DNA from: Eimeria praecox
Lineage: Eukaryota
Reading direction: 5' to 3'
Assembly: GCA_963920595.1 (NCBI GenBank)
Contig: OY986950.1
Location: forward strand, 992,001 to 1,056,000
DNA length: 64,000 nucleotides
Part shown: positions 63,865 to 64,000 of the stretch, one piece after another
Layout of the letters: every line of letters starts with the position of its first letter
Position numbering within the stretch: the first letter of the stretch is position 1
The notes under the pieces: model-generated
What the model saw: the letters and a program-made list of their open reading frames with translations, nothing else
Database searches by the model: none
What the model was told of the DNA's origin: nothing
Translations under genes and position numbers: made by a program

Positions 63865-64000
63865 CTGCTGCTGCTACTACTTAATTCTTCTTCTTCCTCT
63901 TTAATTTAATTTAATATATTTCAAACTCTTCTTGTCAAATTGTTTTGAATGCTGCTGCTGCTGCTGCTGATACAGCTGCTGCTGCAACGCCTACAACGAG

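Overview
Eukaryotic, intron-rich DNA with the signature of a repeat-rich segment of a coccidian, most likely Eimeria (inferred, not database-checked): pervasive CAG/CTG triplets, interstitial telomere-like (AAACCCT)n arrays, TGCATGCA arrays and a chromovirus-type retrotransposon remnant. Most ORF-track entries are simple-repeat artefacts. By hand-splicing I can support a Tel2-like gene (3' part), a decayed Ty3/gypsy element with a probable 3' LTR, an 8-exon GDP-mannose pyrophosphorylase, a probable mitochondrial protein with a bL34-like C-terminus, a cis-prenyltransferase, a coiled-coil protein, an HSBP1-like gene, a DMAC1/DUF4536-like gene, a transmembrane RING-H2 ligase and its truncated paralogue. 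Two duplications (about 2.8 kb and at least 7.9 kb) start at 200-N gaps and are probably assembly artefacts. The most interesting signals link the repeats to splicing: sense (TTTAGGG)n directly before many 3' splice sites, introns bracketed by inverted telomeric arrays, three GCAAGC donors, and exon-fragment copies stranded between repeat arrays. Also notable are a dispersed 14-16 bp palindrome GGTGTAYRTACACC, a 26-bp-periodic GCTAGC array, and two genes only 68 bp apart. All exon models and family calls are by eye and need RNA-seq or HMM confirmation.
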